From Gammaproteobacteria bacterium (lineage in GTDB: Bacteria > Pseudomonadota > Gammaproteobacteria > SZUA-229), in assembly GCA_029882395.1 (NCBI GenBank), contig JAOUKT010000010.1, forward strand, positions 1,032 through 65,031: 64,000 nt of DNA. The letters run 5' to 3'. The notes under the pieces were generated by a model. That model was not told the DNA's origin, made no database searches, and was given only the letters and a program-made list of their open reading frames with translations. Of the stretch, positions 46,907 through 56,590 are shown piece by piece (position 1 is the stretch's first letter; each line of letters begins with the position of its first letter). The translations under genes and the position numbers were made by a program.

Positions 46907-49810
46907 ATGAATACGACAACTGCAAACGCTGGTGATGGTCGCACAGAGGTAAAAAATACTACCTGTTATATGTGTGCCTGTCGTTGTGGCATCCGTGTCA
47001 CACTGCGTGATAACGAAGTTCGTTATATCCAGGGTAATCCGGATCATCCCTTAAACAAGGGTGTCATCTGTGCGAAAGGTGCTTCGGGCATCATGAAACA
47101 ATATTCACCGGCCCGTCTGACCAAGCCATTGATGCGTCGCGAAGGCGCAGAACGTGGTGCCGGTGATTTCGAAGAGATCAGCTGGGACAAGGCTTTCGAG
47201 GTAATGGAAGAGCGTCTGCGTCATTTGCGCGGCACGGATCCGAAGAAATTTGCTTTGTTTACAGGTCGTGATCAGATGCAGGCTCTGACCGGTATGTTTG
47301 CCAAGCAGTACGGCACACCAAACTATGCGGCACACGGTGGGTTCTGTTCTGTGAACATGGCCACCGGCATGATCTACACCATCGGTGGTTCTTTCTGGGA
47401 ATTCGGTGGCCCGGATCTTGAGCGTTCACGTCTGTTCATTATGTTGGGTACAGCGGAAGACCATCATTCCAACCCAATGAAAATCGCATTGTCTAAATTC
47501 AAGCGTAACGGTGGTCGTTTCATCTCTGTAAACCCGGTGCGTACCGGTTATTCTGCGATCGCTGATGAGTGGGTGCCGATCAAGCCGGGTACGGATGGTG
47601 CGTTATTACTGGCCATCACTAATGAGCTGATTACACAGGGCCTGTATGACCGTGAGTTCCTGGTGCAGTACACCAATGCGGCTGAGCTGGTTAATCAGGA
47701 TGAAAGCAGCGACGAATTTGGCATGTTTGTTCGTAACAAAGACGTTGAAATTGGCGAGAAAGGCTGTTTCGATCCAGAGAACAAACTGTGGTGGGACCGT
47801 AACCTGAATGAGCCGGTTATCACCCATACCAAAGGTGCTGATCCGTTCCTGTTTGGTTCTTATACGCTGGAAAACGGCACAAAAGTTAAATCTTCTTTGC
47901 AGTTATTAAAAGAGCGTGTGGAAGAATACACCTCTGAGTGGGCTGCAAGCATCACCGGTATCCCGGCTGAGACCATCAAACGCCTGGCGCATGAAATGGG
48001 TATTGTTGCGCGTGATGAAAAAATCGAGCTGCCGATTGCCTGGACCGACGTCTGGGGTAACGATCATGACACCGTCACCGGTAACCCGGTTTCTTTCCAC
48101 GCCATGCGGGGTCTGGCGGCACACTCAAATGGTTTCCAGACAATCCGTGCGTTATCGATCCTGATGACGTTATTAGGTACGATTGACCGTCCGGGTGGCT
48201 TCCGTCATAAAGCACCGTTCCCGCGTCCAATTCCGCCTTGTGCGAAATCGCCAAAAGGACCGGAAGATGTTCAGCCCAACACACCATTAAATGGTATGCC
48301 GTTAGGCTGGCCTGCCAATCCTGATGATCTGTTTGTTGATGAAAATGCTAATCCGGTTCGTATCGATAAAGCCTTCTCATGGGAATTCCCGTTATCAGCA
48401 CACGGCTTGATGCACAATGCAATTACTAACGCATGGCGCGGCGACCCGTACAAAATCGATACACTGATGATCTTCATGGCGAACATGGCCTGGAACTCCA
48501 GCATGAACACGACTGAAGTGCGTAAGATGCTGAATGACAAAGAAGAGAATGGCGAATTCAAGATTCCATTCTTAATTGTTTGTGATGCGTTCCAGTCGGA
48601 AACGGTTGCGTTCGCGGATCTGGTTTTACCGGATACCACTTATCTTGAACGTCACGACGTCATGTCGATGCTGGATCGTCCGATCTCAGAATTTGAAGGA
48701 CCGGTTGATTCGGTTCGTATTCCTGTGGTGCCACCAAAAGGTGATTGCAAACCCTTCCAGGAAGTGATTATCGAGTTGGGTTCACGCTTAGGTTTACCAG
48801 CTTTTGTTAATAAAGACGGTTCACGTAAATTCCGTGACTATCCTGATTTTATCGTCAACTTTGAAACAGAGCCGGGTTCCGGTATCGGTTTCTTATCTGG
48901 CTGGCGTGGTAAAGGCGGCGAGAAGTTCATGAAGGGTGAGCCAAACCCTAATCAGTGGGAAATGTATGAGAAGAACGACTGCGTTTATCATCATCACCTG
49001 CCGAAGTCTTACCAGTACATGCGTAACTGGAACAAAGGTTACCTGACCTGGGCACAGGATCACCGCTTAACGCGTTTTGCTGAGCCGATTAATATCCATA
49101 TTTATTCGGAAGTATTGCAAGGTTTCCGCCTGGCGGCAGAAGGCAAACGTGCGGGAAAACAGCCACCTGAACATTTGCGTGAACGTGTAAGAGAGCACTT
49201 TGATCCACTGCCGTTCTACAGTGAAACATTAGAGTCGCAATTAACGGATAAACATAAATATCCATTAAACGCGTTAACTCAGCGTCCAATGGCGATGTAC
49301 CACTCATGGGATTCGCAGAATGCCTGGTTACGTCAGATTCATTCGCATAACTACATGCACATTCACCCTTCAACGGCGCAGGCGCAGGGTATTGAAGACG
49401 GTGGCTGGATGTGGGCTGAATCCATGCACGGTAAAGTGCGTTGTATGGCGCGTTACTCGGAAGCCGTTGAGCCGGGTACGATCTGGACCTGGAACGCGGT
49501 GGGTAAAGCCAGCGGTGCGTGGAATCTTGGTAAAGAAGCTAATGAATCCAATAAAGGTTTCTTGCTGAATCACCTGATCTCAGAAGAGCTGCCTAAAAAT
49601 GAGTGTGGCGAACATATATCAAACTCTGATCCGATTACCGGTCAGGCCGGTTGGTACGATGTGCGTGTACGTGTTTATAAAGCTGAAGATGACGAAGAGA
49701 AAGTAACTTTCCCAACGTTCGACACATTGCCGTTATTTCCAGGCATGGAAAAACGTCGTTCATGGTTAGCTTATTTCGCCGGCAAATTCACAAAAAAGGG
49801 AGCTAAATAA
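46907..49810 (+). CDS. soeA: Sulfite:quinone oxidoreductase molybdopterin subunit
   Basis: TTCYMCACRCG, FTGRDQ, NYAAHGGFCSVNM, HAMRG.AAHSNGF, MYHSWDSQNAWLRQI; no Tat signal; upstream of ferredoxin and DmsC-type anchor genes. Confidence 0.9.
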   Translation: MNTTTANAGDGRTEVKNTTCYMCACRCGIRVTLRDNEVRYIQGNPDHPLNKGVICAKGASGIMKQYSPARLTKPLMRREGAERGAGDFEEISWDKAFEVMEERLRHLRGTDPKKFALFTGRDQMQALTGMFAKQYGTPNYAAHGGFCSVNMATGMIYTIGGSFWEFGGPDLERSRLFIMLGTAEDHHSNPMKIALSKFKRNGGRFISVNPVRTGYSAIADEWVPIKPGTDGALLLAITNELITQGLYDREFLVQYTNAAELVNQDESSDEFGMFVRNKDVEIGEKGCFDPENKLWWDRNLNEPVITHTKGADPFLFGSYTLENGTKVKSSLQLLKERVEEYTSEWAASITGIPAETIKRLAHEMGIVARDEKIELPIAWTDVWGNDHDTVTGNPVSFHAMRGLAAHSNGFQTIRALSILMTLLGTIDRPGGFRHKAPFPRPIPPCAKSPKGPEDVQPNTPLNGMPLGWPANPDDLFVDENANPVRIDKAFSWEFPLSAHGLMHNAITNAWRGDPYKIDTLMIFMANMAWNSSMNTTEVRKMLNDKEENGEFKIPFLIVCDAFQSETVAFADLVLPDTTYLERHDVMSMLDRPISEFEGPVDSVRIPVVPPKGDCKPFQEVIIELGSRLGLPAFVNKDGSRKFRDYPDFIVNFETEPGSGIGFLSGWRGKGGEKFMKGEPNPNQWEMYEKNDCVYHHHLPKSYQYMRNWNKGYLTWAQDHRLTRFAEPINIHIYSEVLQGFRLAAEGKRAGKQPPEHLRERVREHFDPLPFYSETLESQLTDKHKYPLNALTQRPMAMYHSWDSQNAWLRQIHSHNYMHIHPSTAQAQGIEDGGWMWAESMHGKVRCMARYSEAVEPGTIWTWNAVGKASGAWNLGKEANESNKGFLLNHLISEELPKNECGEHISNSDPITGQAGWYDVRVRVYKAEDDEEKVTFPTFDTLPLFPGMEKRRSWLAYFAGKFTKKGAK

Positions 49811-50536
49811 ATGACACAGTTAGCCCTTGTTATTGATTTAAATGTTTGTGTGGGTTGCCACGCCTGTGTAACGTCTTGTAAAGAGTGGAACACCTCGGGT
49901 CCTGCCGGTGCGATGTCAGATGACAATCCGTACGATAAAGACCCAACCGGTACCTTCTTTAACCGTGTACAGACTTATGAAATTGGCACTTTCCCTAAAA
50001 CGGAAACCCTGCATTTTCCAAAATCTTGCCTGCATTGTGAAGATGCGCCATGCGTTCCGGTTTGCCCGACAGGTGCAAGCTACAAACGTGAAGCAGACGG
50101 TATCGTACTGGTTGATTACGACAAATGTATCGGTTGTAAATACTGTTCATGGGCTTGCCCATACGGTGCGCGTGAATTCGACGAACATCAGAAAGTCATG
50201 AAAAAATGTACTTTGTGCGTGGATCGTATTTACGACGAATCTTTACCAGAGAATGAGCGTAAACCAGCCTGTGTCTTGTCATGCCCAACCAGCGCACGTC
50301 TGTTTGGTGATGTACATGATTCAGAGTCAGAAGTGTCGGTAGCGATTCGTGAAAACGCGGGTTACCAGCTGATGCCGGAGTGGGGTACGAATCCATCGAA
50401 CCATTATCTGCCACGTCGTAAGACCAAGCTGCATTATCATGAAGATGAGCTGCAGCGTGCGGATAATCCGCTGAATAAAGAACATTCAGTGGCTCCGGTA
50501 GATGCTCCAACACTCGACGACTCTACTTCCTGGTAG
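49811..50536 (+). CDS. soeB: Sulfite oxidoreductase 4Fe-4S subunit
   Basis: IDLNVCVGCHACVTSCKEWN, CLHCEDAPCVPVCP, CIGCKYCSWACPYG, CTLC. Confidence 0.9.
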   Translation: MTQLALVIDLNVCVGCHACVTSCKEWNTSGPAGAMSDDNPYDKDPTGTFFNRVQTYEIGTFPKTETLHFPKSCLHCEDAPCVPVCPTGASYKREADGIVLVDYDKCIGCKYCSWACPYGAREFDEHQKVMKKCTLCVDRIYDESLPENERKPACVLSCPTSARLFGDVHDSESEVSVAIRENAGYQLMPEWGTNPSNHYLPRRKTKLHYHEDELQRADNPLNKEHSVAPVDAPTLDDSTSW

Positions 50537-50666
50537 TCGAAAAGGATCTTTTGCGCGCTGGGGGTGTTGCGGCACAGTTTTTAAATGCTCACGTACTAAC
50601 TTGTACGCTCCGCTTTAAAAACTGCACCGCGCCTACCCAGCACACAAAATCTCTCTTTTCTTGACT
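50535..50666. repeat. About 130-bp imperfect palindrome (MITE/REP-like) between soeB and soeC
   Basis: Matching arm segments AGTC, GAAAAG, TTTTG.G.GCTGGG, GCGG, CAGTTTTTAAA and CGTAC around loop TAACTT. Confidence 0.8.
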
Positions 50667-50742
50667 GAAGGTTTGGATAAGTTTTTACAGGCTGAATATA
50701 TATATTTTATTTGGCATAATTTTTAATCTCAGGAGTAATGCT

Positions 50743-51726
50743 ATGCATCCTGCGTTTTCAGTAGTATTTTTAACGACCTTGATCGGTACTGGTCAGGGTT
50801 TGTTCTTGGCACTTTTTTCAGCTCAGGCTTATACTGAATTGAATTTATTGCCTTCAATGTCTGACACTAACTTCTTCGGAATGGGTAGTGCCATTGCACT
50901 GGCGTTTTTGGTATCAGGTCTGATTGCATCAGTTTTTCACTTAGGTCATCCGGAACGTGCCTGGCGTGCAGCTAGTCAGTGGCGTACATCATGGCTATCA
51001 CGTGAGGTGATTGCCTTGCCATTTATGATGGCGATGATTTTCGTTTACGGCGTGATGCACCTGTTTGGGCTTGATGGTGTGATTTATAGTGATGCCAGCG
51101 GTAACCATTTCAGTTACAGCCTGATTGTTGCCGGTAGTCTGGCAATGATTGCGTCTTTCATTTTATTTATTTGCACGGGCATGATCTATACGTGCATTAA
51201 ATTCCTGCAGGAGTGGGCGACGCCATTAACCGTCATTAACTATGCATTATTTGGTACGGCTTCTGGCTTTACTGCTGCCGCTGCATTTAGTGCTTTTTAT
51301 AATGCGCCTGAAATAACTAAGTTCTTTACTGTCTGGGCAATTATCTTAACGGTAGTAGTGCTGTTTACGCGTGCGGCTACTTTATATCGCAACTCGCGTA
51401 TTAAACATAAGTCTTCAATGAAGACGGCGATCGGTGTGCGTCATAATAAGATTGAACAGAAAGCAATGGGTATGCAGGGTGGTTCATACAACACACGCGA
51501 ATACTTCCATGGTAAAACAGCAACGTTCCTGAAGTCTGTTAAATATATCTTCCTGGTATTGGTATTTCCTGTTCCTGTTTTATTCTTGGTATCCGGCCTT
51601 GGATCAGCTGACGCAGGGTTACTGATTACAGCATTTGTTGTTCAGTTCGCAGGATTGATTGTTGAGCGTTGGTTCTTCTTTGCTCAGGCAAATCATCCTC
51701 AGAACCTTTATTATCAGACTGTATAA
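50743..51726 (+). CDS. soeC: Sulfite oxidoreductase membrane anchor (DmsC/NrfD family)
   Basis: MHPAFSVVFLTT, SVFHLGHPERAWRAASQWRTSWLSRE, CTGMIY, ERWFFFAQANHPQNLYY. Confidence 0.9.
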   Translation: MHPAFSVVFLTTLIGTGQGLFLALFSAQAYTELNLLPSMSDTNFFGMGSAIALAFLVSGLIASVFHLGHPERAWRAASQWRTSWLSREVIALPFMMAMIFVYGVMHLFGLDGVIYSDASGNHFSYSLIVAGSLAMIASFILFICTGMIYTCIKFLQEWATPLTVINYALFGTASGFTAAAAFSAFYNAPEITKFFTVWAIILTVVVLFTRAATLYRNSRIKHKSSMKTAIGVRHNKIEQKAMGMQGGSYNTREYFHGKTATFLKSVKYIFLVLVFPVPVLFLVSGLGSADAGLLITAFVVQFAGLIVERWFFFAQANHPQNLYYQTV

Positions 51727-51730
51727 AAAC

Positions 51731-51790
51731 TGTGTAATTCATCACAGATCTTTTATGTTTACTATCTAACGCTGAATTCTGGGCTATAAT
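51731..51790 (+). promoter_or_regulatory. CRP-like site and -10 box upstream of the YfaZ-like gene
   Basis: TGTGT-N6-TCACA at 51731-51746 (9/10 match to TGTGA-N6-TCACA); TATAAT at 51785-51790. Confidence 0.45.
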
Positions 51791-51813
51791 AGGCACAAAT
51801 TCAGCGTTTTTTT
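51768..51813 (+). terminator. Probable terminator after soeC
   Basis: AACGCTGAATT...AATTCAGCGTT stem followed by a T-run. Confidence 0.55.
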
Positions 51814-52407
51814 ATGGGAAGTATCAACATGCGTTTAATATCTAAAAATTTTCTGGCAGCAATGTGTTTAATGCTGGCCAGTTTCGGGGCCTCAGCAACA
51901 GGTTTTGATTTCCGTGTAGCCGATCAGTCTGCCGAAATCTTCTATTTATATAAATCATCGAGTTTTGGGTACGGTGGTTCAGATGTCGGCTGGAGCTATT
52001 ATTTTAATGAGGCTGATGACTACATGGTCTCGGCTTCATTACTGGTGAGTGCAAACGGAGCCGGAGGCCAGCGCGCGTTACAGTTCGGCGTTGGTGTTAA
52101 AGCTTTTGTCGCTACCCTGGGTGCGGCTAATGTTGAGGGCGGCGGTCTGGGTCTGGGCGGTTTAGTGCGTTATGTGTTCTCTTCTTCAACCCCTGTGGCG
52201 TTATTGTTTGAAGCGTATGCGGTGCCGTCTGTCACAGGTTTTGGTGATGCATCTGACTTTACAGAAGCCCGTTTTGCCATAGAAGCTGAGGTTTCTCCCA
52301 GTGCCAGAGCCTATATTGGCTACCGCTCAATGAAGCTGGTTGATGAGACCAGTATTGAGTACAAGCTTGATGATGCAATGAATTTTGGTATTCGTATCAG
52401 TTTCTAA
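51814..52407 (+). CDS. YfaZ-like outer-membrane beta-barrel protein
   Basis: Signal peptide, Gly-rich strands (GGGLGLGG), ARAYIGYR, C-terminal FGIRISF. Confidence 0.78.
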   Translation: MGSINMRLISKNFLAAMCLMLASFGASATGFDFRVADQSAEIFYLYKSSSFGYGGSDVGWSYYFNEADDYMVSASLLVSANGAGGQRALQFGVGVKAFVATLGAANVEGGGLGLGGLVRYVFSSSTPVALLFEAYAVPSVTGFGDASDFTEARFAIEAEVSPSARAYIGYRSMKLVDETSIEYKLDDAMNFGIRISF

Positions 52408-52423
52408 GTGTGTCTTGCTACTG

Positions 52424-52454
52424 AAAAAAGCGACCCTTGCGGTCGCTTTTTTTT
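52424..52454 (+). terminator. Intrinsic terminator
   Basis: AAAAAAGCGACC-CTTGC-GGTCGCTTTTTTTT. Confidence 0.85.
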
Positions 52455-52533
52455 GTCTGTGAAAAAGAAGAACGTTTGTAAAATACAGTTACCAGCATGA
52501 TGATATCTGATGATGAGAGTGAGAGCCCGTAAA

Positions 52534-53316
52534 ATGGAAATAGAAAAATTACTTGAAGTGATGAAAGCATTGAGGACGCCGGTAACAGGCTGTCCGTGGG
52601 ATTTGAAGCAGACCTTTGACTCGATAGTGCCGTATACCATCGAAGAAGTATATGAGGTGGCTGAGGCGATCGAGCATAATGACAAATCTGAACTGAAGAT
52701 CGAATTAGGCGACCTGCTGTTTCAGATTGTATTCTATTGTCAATTAGCCGAAGAAGAAGGCAGCTTTGATTTTGCTGCGGTGGTCACAGCAATTGTGGAG
52801 AAGATGGTGCGACGTCACCCGCATGTGTTTGCCGACACTGTCTATGCATCAGAAGCTGAGTTTACAAAGGCGTGGGAGCTAAGTAAGCAGCAGGAGAGAA
52901 AGCAGAAGGAAAAAGTCACACAAAGCATACTGGATGGTTTAAGCAAGGCCTTGCCGGCGTTAAAGGTTGCTCAAAAAATGCAAACCAAGGTAGCCAGGCT
53001 GGGCTTTGACTGGAAACAAATTGAACCTGTGTATGCAAAGATAGATGAAGAAATAGCAGAGGTTCGGCAGGCGGCTGAAAATAATGACCACCAGCATAGC
53101 GAAGAAGAAATCGGGGATTTGTTGTTTTCAGTAGTGAATTTGTCGCGACATTTAAATATTGATGCCGAGAATGCATTGCGGAAAGCATCGAACAAATTTG
53201 AAAACAGATTCAGGCAAGTGGAGAGCCATTGCCAGCAACAGCATCAGAGTATCAGCGACAAGTCAGAAGAGGAGTTGCTTGCGCTGTGGCATAAAATAAA
53301 AAATCTAAAAGACTAA
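52534..53316 (+). CDS. mazG: Nucleoside triphosphate pyrophosphohydrolase
   Basis: GCPWDLKQT, IEEVYEV, ELGDLLFQ, RRHPHVF, GFDW, EEEIGDLLF. Confidence 0.96.
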   Translation: MEIEKLLEVMKALRTPVTGCPWDLKQTFDSIVPYTIEEVYEVAEAIEHNDKSELKIELGDLLFQIVFYCQLAEEEGSFDFAAVVTAIVEKMVRRHPHVFADTVYASEAEFTKAWELSKQQERKQKEKVTQSILDGLSKALPALKVAQKMQTKVARLGFDWKQIEPVYAKIDEEIAEVRQAAENNDHQHSEEEIGDLLFSVVNLSRHLNIDAENALRKASNKFENRFRQVESHCQQQHQSISDKSEEELLALWHKIKNLKD

Positions 53317-53430
53317 AAACAATAGCGGGCATTCTATTCTATTTGAGGAAATAAAGGCTGGTAGTTCTGCAAAACAAGGCTATAACTAATTCACAAATAA
53401 ACATTTTTTGAAACGAGTGAACGGGCGCAG

Positions 53431-54516
53431 ATGAAAAAATTACAAGTGTTATTGGTAGACGATTCTGCAGTTGTTCGAAAAATGCTCACCGGAATTGTCA
53501 CAGCTCAACCCGATATGGAGGTGTGTGCTGCGGCACAAGACCCGCTTTTTGCGATAAAGTATATGGAGAAGCAGTGGCCGGATGTGATAGTGCTGGATGT
53601 CGAAATGCCGCGCATGGACGGCATTACGTTTCTCAAAAAAATCATGAAACAGCGACCTACACCGGTGGTGATGTGTTCAACATTAACAGAAAAAGGCGCT
53701 GAAACGACGATGCAGGCGATGTCATCGGGTGCAGTGGAGATTGTAACCAAACCTAAAATGGGTGTTAAAGGTTTTCTTGAAGAGTCGGCTGTTGAAATAG
53801 CAGGCGCAATCAGAGCGGCCTCAAAGGCCAGGTTCAAACAAAATATGACTACATCAGTTCCCGTTGCTGATGTCAGGGCAAAGTTAAATGCAGATGTGAT
53901 GATGCAGGTGCCTTCAGGCTCAGCAATGGTAAGAACCACGGAGCGTATTATAGCGATTGGAACATCCACCGGCGGCACAACGGCACTGGAAAAGTTGCTT
54001 ACCTGTCTGCCCAGAGTGGCGCCCGGTATTGTTGTGGTGCAGCACATGCCGGGAGCTTTTACAGCAGCGTTTGCAACCCGGCTGAATTCACTATGTGATG
54101 TCACGGTTAAAGAAGCGGTTGATGGTGAATCATTACTCGCGGGTTTTGTTTATATAGCGCCGGGTGATAAACACATGATGATTAAGCGAAGTGGCGCGGT
54201 ATACAAAATTTGCATTCAGGACGGGCCATTAGTCAGTCGCCATAAGCCTTCGGTTGATGTGCTGTTCAGGTCAGTGGCGAAATATGCCGGTAAAAACGCG
54301 ATGGGTATCATTATGACCGGCATGGGCGATGATGGTGCATCGGGCTTGCTGGAGATGAAACAATCGGGCAGTTATACCCTGGCTGAAAATGAACAAAGCT
54401 GTGTTGTCTATGGCATGCCCAAAGAGGCGGTCAAAAAAGGTGCAGTGGAATTAGAACTGGCGCTCGAAGAGATGCCACAAAAGATCATGTCTTTTTATCA
54501 GGCTGGCCTGAAATAA
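53431..54516 (+). CDS. cheB: Chemotaxis protein-glutamate methylesterase
   Basis: REC domain ([10 protein letters not shown]) plus esterase triad GTSTGG / QHMP / GMGDDG. Confidence 0.96.
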   Translation: MKKLQVLLVDDSAVVRKMLTGIVTAQPDMEVCAAAQDPLFAIKYMEKQWPDVIVLDVEMPRMDGITFLKKIMKQRPTPVVMCSTLTEKGAETTMQAMSSGAVEIVTKPKMGVKGFLEESAVEIAGAIRAASKARFKQNMTTSVPVADVRAKLNADVMMQVPSGSAMVRTTERIIAIGTSTGGTTALEKLLTCLPRVAPGIVVVQHMPGAFTAAFATRLNSLCDVTVKEAVDGESLLAGFVYIAPGDKHMMIKRSGAVYKICIQDGPLVSRHKPSVDVLFRSVAKYAGKNAMGIIMTGMGDDGASGLLEMKQSGSYTLAENEQSCVVYGMPKEAVKKGAVELELALEEMPQKIMSFYQAGLK

Positions 54517-54691
54517 GCTGATAAATGTGCCGGCCTGTTTGTGTGTCACTTCAGATGTCACAACAATGTAACAAGTCATTAAATAATCAAAAAAATAATC
54601 GATTGAGTCATGTAAACCGCTTTAAGCTGTCTATACTAGAATAACCTCAAAAAATAAAGTTTATAAATCAGTTTATGTTGATGATAATAAT

Positions 54692-55843
54692 ATGGAAATT
54701 TTAAAAAATAATATCGTGGTCTTGGTCCTTTTTGTTATTGCCATCGGTGCTGTTTTCACATCAGGATATGTTTCATCAGCACTGGTCATCGCATTGCTGC
54801 TGATCGCAGTTGTTAGCAGCATTATGCAGGCATCGCAGCTTAAGCAGCTAAAGAATGAAATCTCAGCTCTATCAAACGCCGCGGCCTCTGCGCGACCTGT
54901 AAAAGACTGGGTTCATGAGTTAAGCCAGAAAATTATTCCGGTTTGGGTGAGTCAGCAAGCCACGGTTCAGACGCAAATCGAAGAGTCAATTAATGGTGTG
55001 ACACAACAGTTCGCGTCAATAGTCGTTGATATGAATGACACCTTGCAGTTGGTGGCTGGAGACGGCAGTGGCGAAGATGTGGGCATGGTTGTGCAAATGA
55101 GCGAAATTCAGTTGAGTACGGTGCTATCGGTGTTACAGGAAGCGGCTTCAGCAAAAACAGAAATGCTGGAAAAGATTCAGTCATTAAGCGGCTACATGGA
55201 AGAGCTGGACAAAATGGCCGAAGAAGTCGGTAATTTGGCCAATCAGACTAATCTATTGGCATTAAATGCCGCTATAGAAGCCGCACGAGCAGGCGAAAGT
55301 GGCCGCGGCTTTGCGGTGGTTGCAGATGAAGTGAGAAACTTATCAGCGCTTTCTGGTGAGACCGGCAAACGAATTAATGATGGTGTAACAAAAGTCAGAG
55401 GCAGTATTACGGATGTGGTATCAGTTGCATCCGATTCGGTGCAGCGCGACGAGGTGGCGCTGGATAATAGTCGCGAAGTCATCGGTAAAGTGATGAGCAG
55501 GCTGAACGGCGTGTTATCCGGTTTAAGTCAGAATCAAGAAATTCTGAGAAGCAAAACCACTGAGGTTCAGGATGATATCTCGGGCGTGTTGGTTAACCTG
55601 CAGTTTCAGGACCGGGTTAGTCAGATCAGTGCCGCCATTATGCAAAACCAGCAAGACTTCAAAAAAGAAGTAGACACCTTTGTACAATTGGTTGATGCCG
55701 GTAAGGTTCCCAATTCGGTAAATGTTGATGAATGGGTAGAAAACATGAAACAGCATTATACAACGCAAGAGCAGCACAGAGATCATGAGGGTGGTGCTGC
55801 TGGCGGCAATGATAACAAAGACGAAGAAATAACATTTTTTTAA
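54692..55843 (+). CDS. Short methyl-accepting chemotaxis protein with no periplasmic sensor
   Basis: TM hairpin; [31 protein letters not shown]; LQFQDR; C-terminal EITFF. Confidence 0.9.
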   Translation: MEILKNNIVVLVLFVIAIGAVFTSGYVSSALVIALLLIAVVSSIMQASQLKQLKNEISALSNAAASARPVKDWVHELSQKIIPVWVSQQATVQTQIEESINGVTQQFASIVVDMNDTLQLVAGDGSGEDVGMVVQMSEIQLSTVLSVLQEAASAKTEMLEKIQSLSGYMEELDKMAEEVGNLANQTNLLALNAAIEAARAGESGRGFAVVADEVRNLSALSGETGKRINDGVTKVRGSITDVVSVASDSVQRDEVALDNSREVIGKVMSRLNGVLSGLSQNQEILRSKTTEVQDDISGVLVNLQFQDRVSQISAAIMQNQQDFKKEVDTFVQLVDAGKVPNSVNVDEWVENMKQHYTTQEQHRDHEGGAAGGNDNKDEEITFF

Positions 55844-55869
55844 ATACTCAAAGTTGAAGGGGAAGTGAT

Positions 55870-56235
55870 ATGGCAACCATTTTAATAGTAGATGACTCGT
55901 CGTCATTAAGACAGGTTGTTGCTATTGCCTTAAAAGGGGCAGGTTACGATGTCATCGAAGCCGGTGATGGCAAACAGGCGCTAAGCAAGCTAGACGGCAC
56001 GAAAATCAATCTGGTTGTGAGTGATGTCAATATGCCGGTAATGGACGGTTTGACGTTTGTCACTGAGATGAAAAAGCTGCCCAAATATAAGTTTACCCCC
56101 GTCATTATGCTGACCACTGAAGCCGGCGGCGATATGAAAGAAAGAGGCAAGGCTGCTGGCGTTAAAGCCTGGGTGGTTAAGCCGTTCAAGCCTGACCAGA
56201 TGTTAAACGCTGTTTCTAAGCTTATATTGCCGTAG
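55870..56235 (+). CDS. cheY: Chemotaxis response regulator
   Basis: ILIVDDS, SDVNMPVMDG, MLTTE, WVVKPF. Confidence 0.92.
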   Translation: MATILIVDDSSSLRQVVAIALKGAGYDVIEAGDGKQALSKLDGTKINLVVSDVNMPVMDGLTFVTEMKKLPKYKFTPVIMLTTEAGGDMKERGKAAGVKAWVVKPFKPDQMLNAVSKLILP

Positions 56236-56248
56236 GACAGGGTAAAGC

Positions 56249-56548
56249 ATGGCAACTACAAAAGAAATTAAAATAGATATATCAGGCGATATGACTATTT
56301 ACGAGGCAGCTGAAATAAAACAGCTGTTTCAAAATGCCATTGAAAAACAGGCTAACATCAGTATCAGTTTGGCCAACGTATCTGAAATTGATTCTTCAGG
56401 CATTCAGTTAATGGTGTCGTTAAAAAAAGCGGCAACAGATACGGATAAGACGGTGAGCTATCATTCACACAGCCCGGCGGTGGTTGCACTGCTCGATCTG
56501 TTTGATATGACATCGTATTTTGGTGATCCCATCGTGATGGAAAAATGA
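56249..56548 (+). CDS. STAS domain protein
   Basis: GDMTIYEA, LANVSEIDSSGIQL; between cheY and cheA. Confidence 0.88.
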   Translation: MATTKEIKIDISGDMTIYEAAEIKQLFQNAIEKQANISISLANVSEIDSSGIQLMVSLKKAATDTDKTVSYHSHSPAVVALLDLFDMTSYFGDPIVMEK

Positions 56549-56590
56549 ATACCGGATTAAATATGATTAGCATTTTATGGAGTAGCTGTC

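Noticed and set aside
52534-53316. mazG as part of an anti-phage or toxin-antitoxin system
   Set aside because: Ordinary two-domain housekeeping MazG with no mazEF or defence genes adjacent.
53505-54104. Long antisense ORFs (199 aa opposite cheB, 173 aa opposite moaA, and similar)
   Set aside because: Shadow frames of well-supported genes with no recognisable motifs.
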